This document shows, in pieces, positions 26,613 through 27,961 of a stretch of DNA of 27,961 nucleotides (the first letter of the stretch is position 1; each line of letters opens with the position of its first letter). A program made the translations under genes and the position numbers. Source of the stretch: a virus (Duplodnaviria; Caudoviricetes); IMG/VR virus record IMGVR_UViG_3300024287_000087, positions 1 through 27,961 of that record; one strand, 5' to 3'. Below the pieces are notes generated by a model. That model saw nothing but the letters and a program-made list of their open reading frames with translations, made no database searches and was not told the DNA's origin.

Positions 26613-26913
26613 CGTCAATATTTTTATCCTCAAATTGCAGGTATGATCTGAACCAGCGCCATGCGCGGTCGAGTAATGGAACTACCTGTTGCTCGGGTTC
26701 GGTCAGAAAATCGGTTGTAAAAAAGTGGTAAGCAGATAACGTCCATTGTTCAGTTGCACCATCACTATTCTTAAATTGATAGTGACGGAACGGGTTATTA
26801 ACTTTGATGTGCCCCTCCGAGCACTGAATTATAGCCTTCGGTTCCAGAAGGTGAACGACCCATAGTCCGCTTTCCGGCCTCATGGGGTTTTCTGCAAGTA
26901 AAAATCTATCCAT
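26587..26913 (-). CDS. Hypothetical protein (108 aa)
   Basis: MDRFLLAENP..VVHLLEP..RAWRWFRSYLQFED; overlaps the downstream HTH gene. Confidence 0.75.
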   Translation of the reverse strand: MDRFLLAENPMRPESGLWVVHLLEPKAIIQCSEGHIKVNNPFRHYQFKNSDGATEQWTLSAYHFFTTDFLTEPEQQVVPLLDRAWRWFRSYLQFEDKNIDDAKDAEEN

Positions 26914-26918
26914 ATAAG

Positions 26919-26936
26919 AAAAGGGCCGAAGCCCTT
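26919..26936 (-). terminator. Intrinsic terminator-like hairpin with a UUCG loop
   Basis: The minus strand reads AAGGGC-TTCG-GCCCTTTT. Confidence 0.65.
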
Positions 26937-26940
26937 GTGT

Positions 26941-27318
26941 TTAATCCTGAGTTCTTTCTGTAATAATCGCCTCGGCTTCTTCCCGAGAAAAATAATAAGA
27001 AGTATCTCGCTGATCATCTACCAAAAAATCATACTTCCAAACGCGTTGATATTTTTCCTCTTCGGCTTCTTCTTTAGTTTCAAATTGCGCAACCACCTCA
27101 GACTTTCCACCCCGTTGCCATTTTTTTAGAAACCACATAATAGCATCACCATCTTCTCCTTCTTCAACGAATAACACATGTTCCACACCGCGAGGACTGG
27201 TAGTTTTTTCAGCGCTGGCCATAACATGGTCGAAAATGGTAGTTTCTTCTATAACACCTTTGAGATTAATAACGAATACTGAAGTGTTGCGGGCTAGCTG
27301 AGTTGTAATTGTAGTCAT
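26941..27318 (-). CDS. Hypothetical acidic protein (125 aa)
   Basis: ATG in an A-rich context, downstream of the predicted promoter. Confidence 0.75.
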   Translation of the reverse strand: MTTITTQLARNTSVFVINLKGVIEETTIFDHVMASAEKTTSPRGVEHVLFVEEGEDGDAIMWFLKKWQRGGKSEVVAQFETKEEAEEEKYQRVWKYDFLVDDQRDTSYYFSREEAEAIITERTQD

Positions 27319-27392
27319 TTTCTGATCGCCATTATACGGTTGCGGTTCCGGGCTTTATTTCGGGGGCCAACCCGGCGTTGTTATTGATATAG

Positions 27393-27423
27393 TAAAGATA
27401 AGCCAGGTCTTTGATATGTCAAA
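27393..27423 (-). promoter_or_regulatory. Bacteroidota sigma-70-type promoter (-33 TTTG, 19 nt, -7 TATCTTTA)
   Basis: The minus strand reads TTTG acatatcaaagacctggct TATCTTTA, one mismatch from TTTG-N19-21-TAnnTTTG. Confidence 0.7.
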
Positions 27424-27434
27424 ATAATTTGACA
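27417..27434. promoter_or_regulatory. Palindromic operator candidate overlapping the -33 element
   Basis: TGTCAAA-ataa-TTTGACA. Confidence 0.5.
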
Positions 27435-27459
27435 ACAATTTGGAACTTCTTGACCACCG

Positions 27460-27762
27460 TCAATTCTTCTTCCTCACCCTCTTCGCCACCGGCATAGCCT
27501 TATACGCCAGCTCAGAAAGCACCGAATACTTGACTTTGAGAAAGATAGATAACTCAGCCAGGCGCTCTAAGGTTAGCCCTGAAGGGTCATTCACCAGTTA
27601 TTTCATTTTATTATTGTTAATGCCCAGGTGAGCGGCCACAGTGGAGCGAGGGATGTTGTCGAAGATGGCCGCCCAGGTCTTTATAAAGCCTTCGTTGATG
27701 AGGATGTTGAGCACATCAATGCGCTTGCTATCATCTTTGATGTATTTTTTTGCCTTTGCCAT
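27460..27762 (-). pseudogene. HTH-like regulator (100 codons) interrupted by an in-frame TAA at 27598-27600
   Basis: Manual translation gives MAKAKKYIKDDSKRIDVLNILINEGFIKTWAAIFDNIPRSTVAAHLGINNNKMK*LVNDPSGLTLERLAELSIFLKVKYSVLSELAYKAMPVAKRVRKKN*. Confidence 0.72.
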
Positions 27763-27777
27763 GGGGGTGAAGGTAGG

Positions 27778-27960
27778 TTATTCTATACCGGCGAAGAAGT
27801 CTGAAAGGGTAAGCTTATGAAATGAGAGAACACGCAGCAGGCTGCTGACCTTCATATCAGTGCCGGCCTCGTAGCGGGCATATTGCGCCGGGTGAATTTC
27901 GTGTTCATACGCGAAGTCAAGTGCGGCAGTATAGCCAGCATCCATGCGTAATTTGCCCGC
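27778..27960 (-). CDS. XRE-family HTH transcriptional regulator, 5'-truncated by the window edge
   Basis: Manual translation gives ..KLRMDAGYTAALDFAYEHEIHPAQYARYEAGTDMKVSSLLRVLSFHKLTLSDFFAGIE*. Confidence 0.85.
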   Translation of the reverse strand, partial: AGKLRMDAGYTAALDFAYEHEIHPAQYARYEAGTDMKVSSLLRVLSFHKLTLSDFFAGIE

Positions 27961-27961
27961 T

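Larger units (their letters stand above)
1..27961. mobile_element. Siphovirus-like phage/prophage, packaging-head-tail-lysis region plus a convergent accessory/regulatory block; probable Bacteroidota host
   Basis: Canonical gene order terminase-portal-protease-capsid-connector-tube-chaperone-tape measure-tip-lysis. No sheath gene is seen. No integrase or att site is visible, so temperate status is only suggested by the HTH genes. Confidence 0.95.

Noticed and set aside
25919-27375. Short GC hairpins just upstream of several minus-strand starts (25919-25936, 26371-26387, 27348-27375)
   Set aside because: The stems are only about 5 bp with no shared loop sequence and cannot be distinguished from chance without folding statistics.
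27598-27600. Stop-codon reassignment (alternative genetic code)
   Set aside because: TAA, TAG and TGA all terminate other genes normally, and long genes are intact in the standard code.
27440-27631. + strand 63-aa ORF (also 25902..26144 and 26935..27129)
   Set aside because: These are antisense to better-supported minus-strand genes.

Overview
The window is the late region of a tailed, siphovirus-like phage or prophage. The host is most likely Bacteroidota, based on A-rich start contexts without a Shine-Dalgarno sequence, a TTTG-N19-TAnnTTTA promoter, a signal peptide with Gln at +1 and a Bacteroidota-style XRE protein. The + strand runs terminase small subunit (3' end), terminase large subunit, portal, minor head protein, prohead protease, HK97-fold capsid, a 4.3-kb glycosylation cassette, head-tail joining genes, tail tube, a frameshifted tail chaperone, tape measure, tail-tip genes, a beta-helix tailspike-like protein with a signal peptide, and a lysis module ending in a GH19-like endolysin. 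A convergent block of small minus-strand genes and two HTH regulators, one with an internal stop, ends the window. The most notable feature is the cassette between capsid and head-tail connector: four putative glycosyltransferases (GT25-like, an unclassified GT-A-like protein, GT11, GT4-like) plus a FkbM-like methyltransferase, all translationally coupled. It is a candidate virion-glycosylation system. All family calls come from motif recognition by eye; no searches were run.
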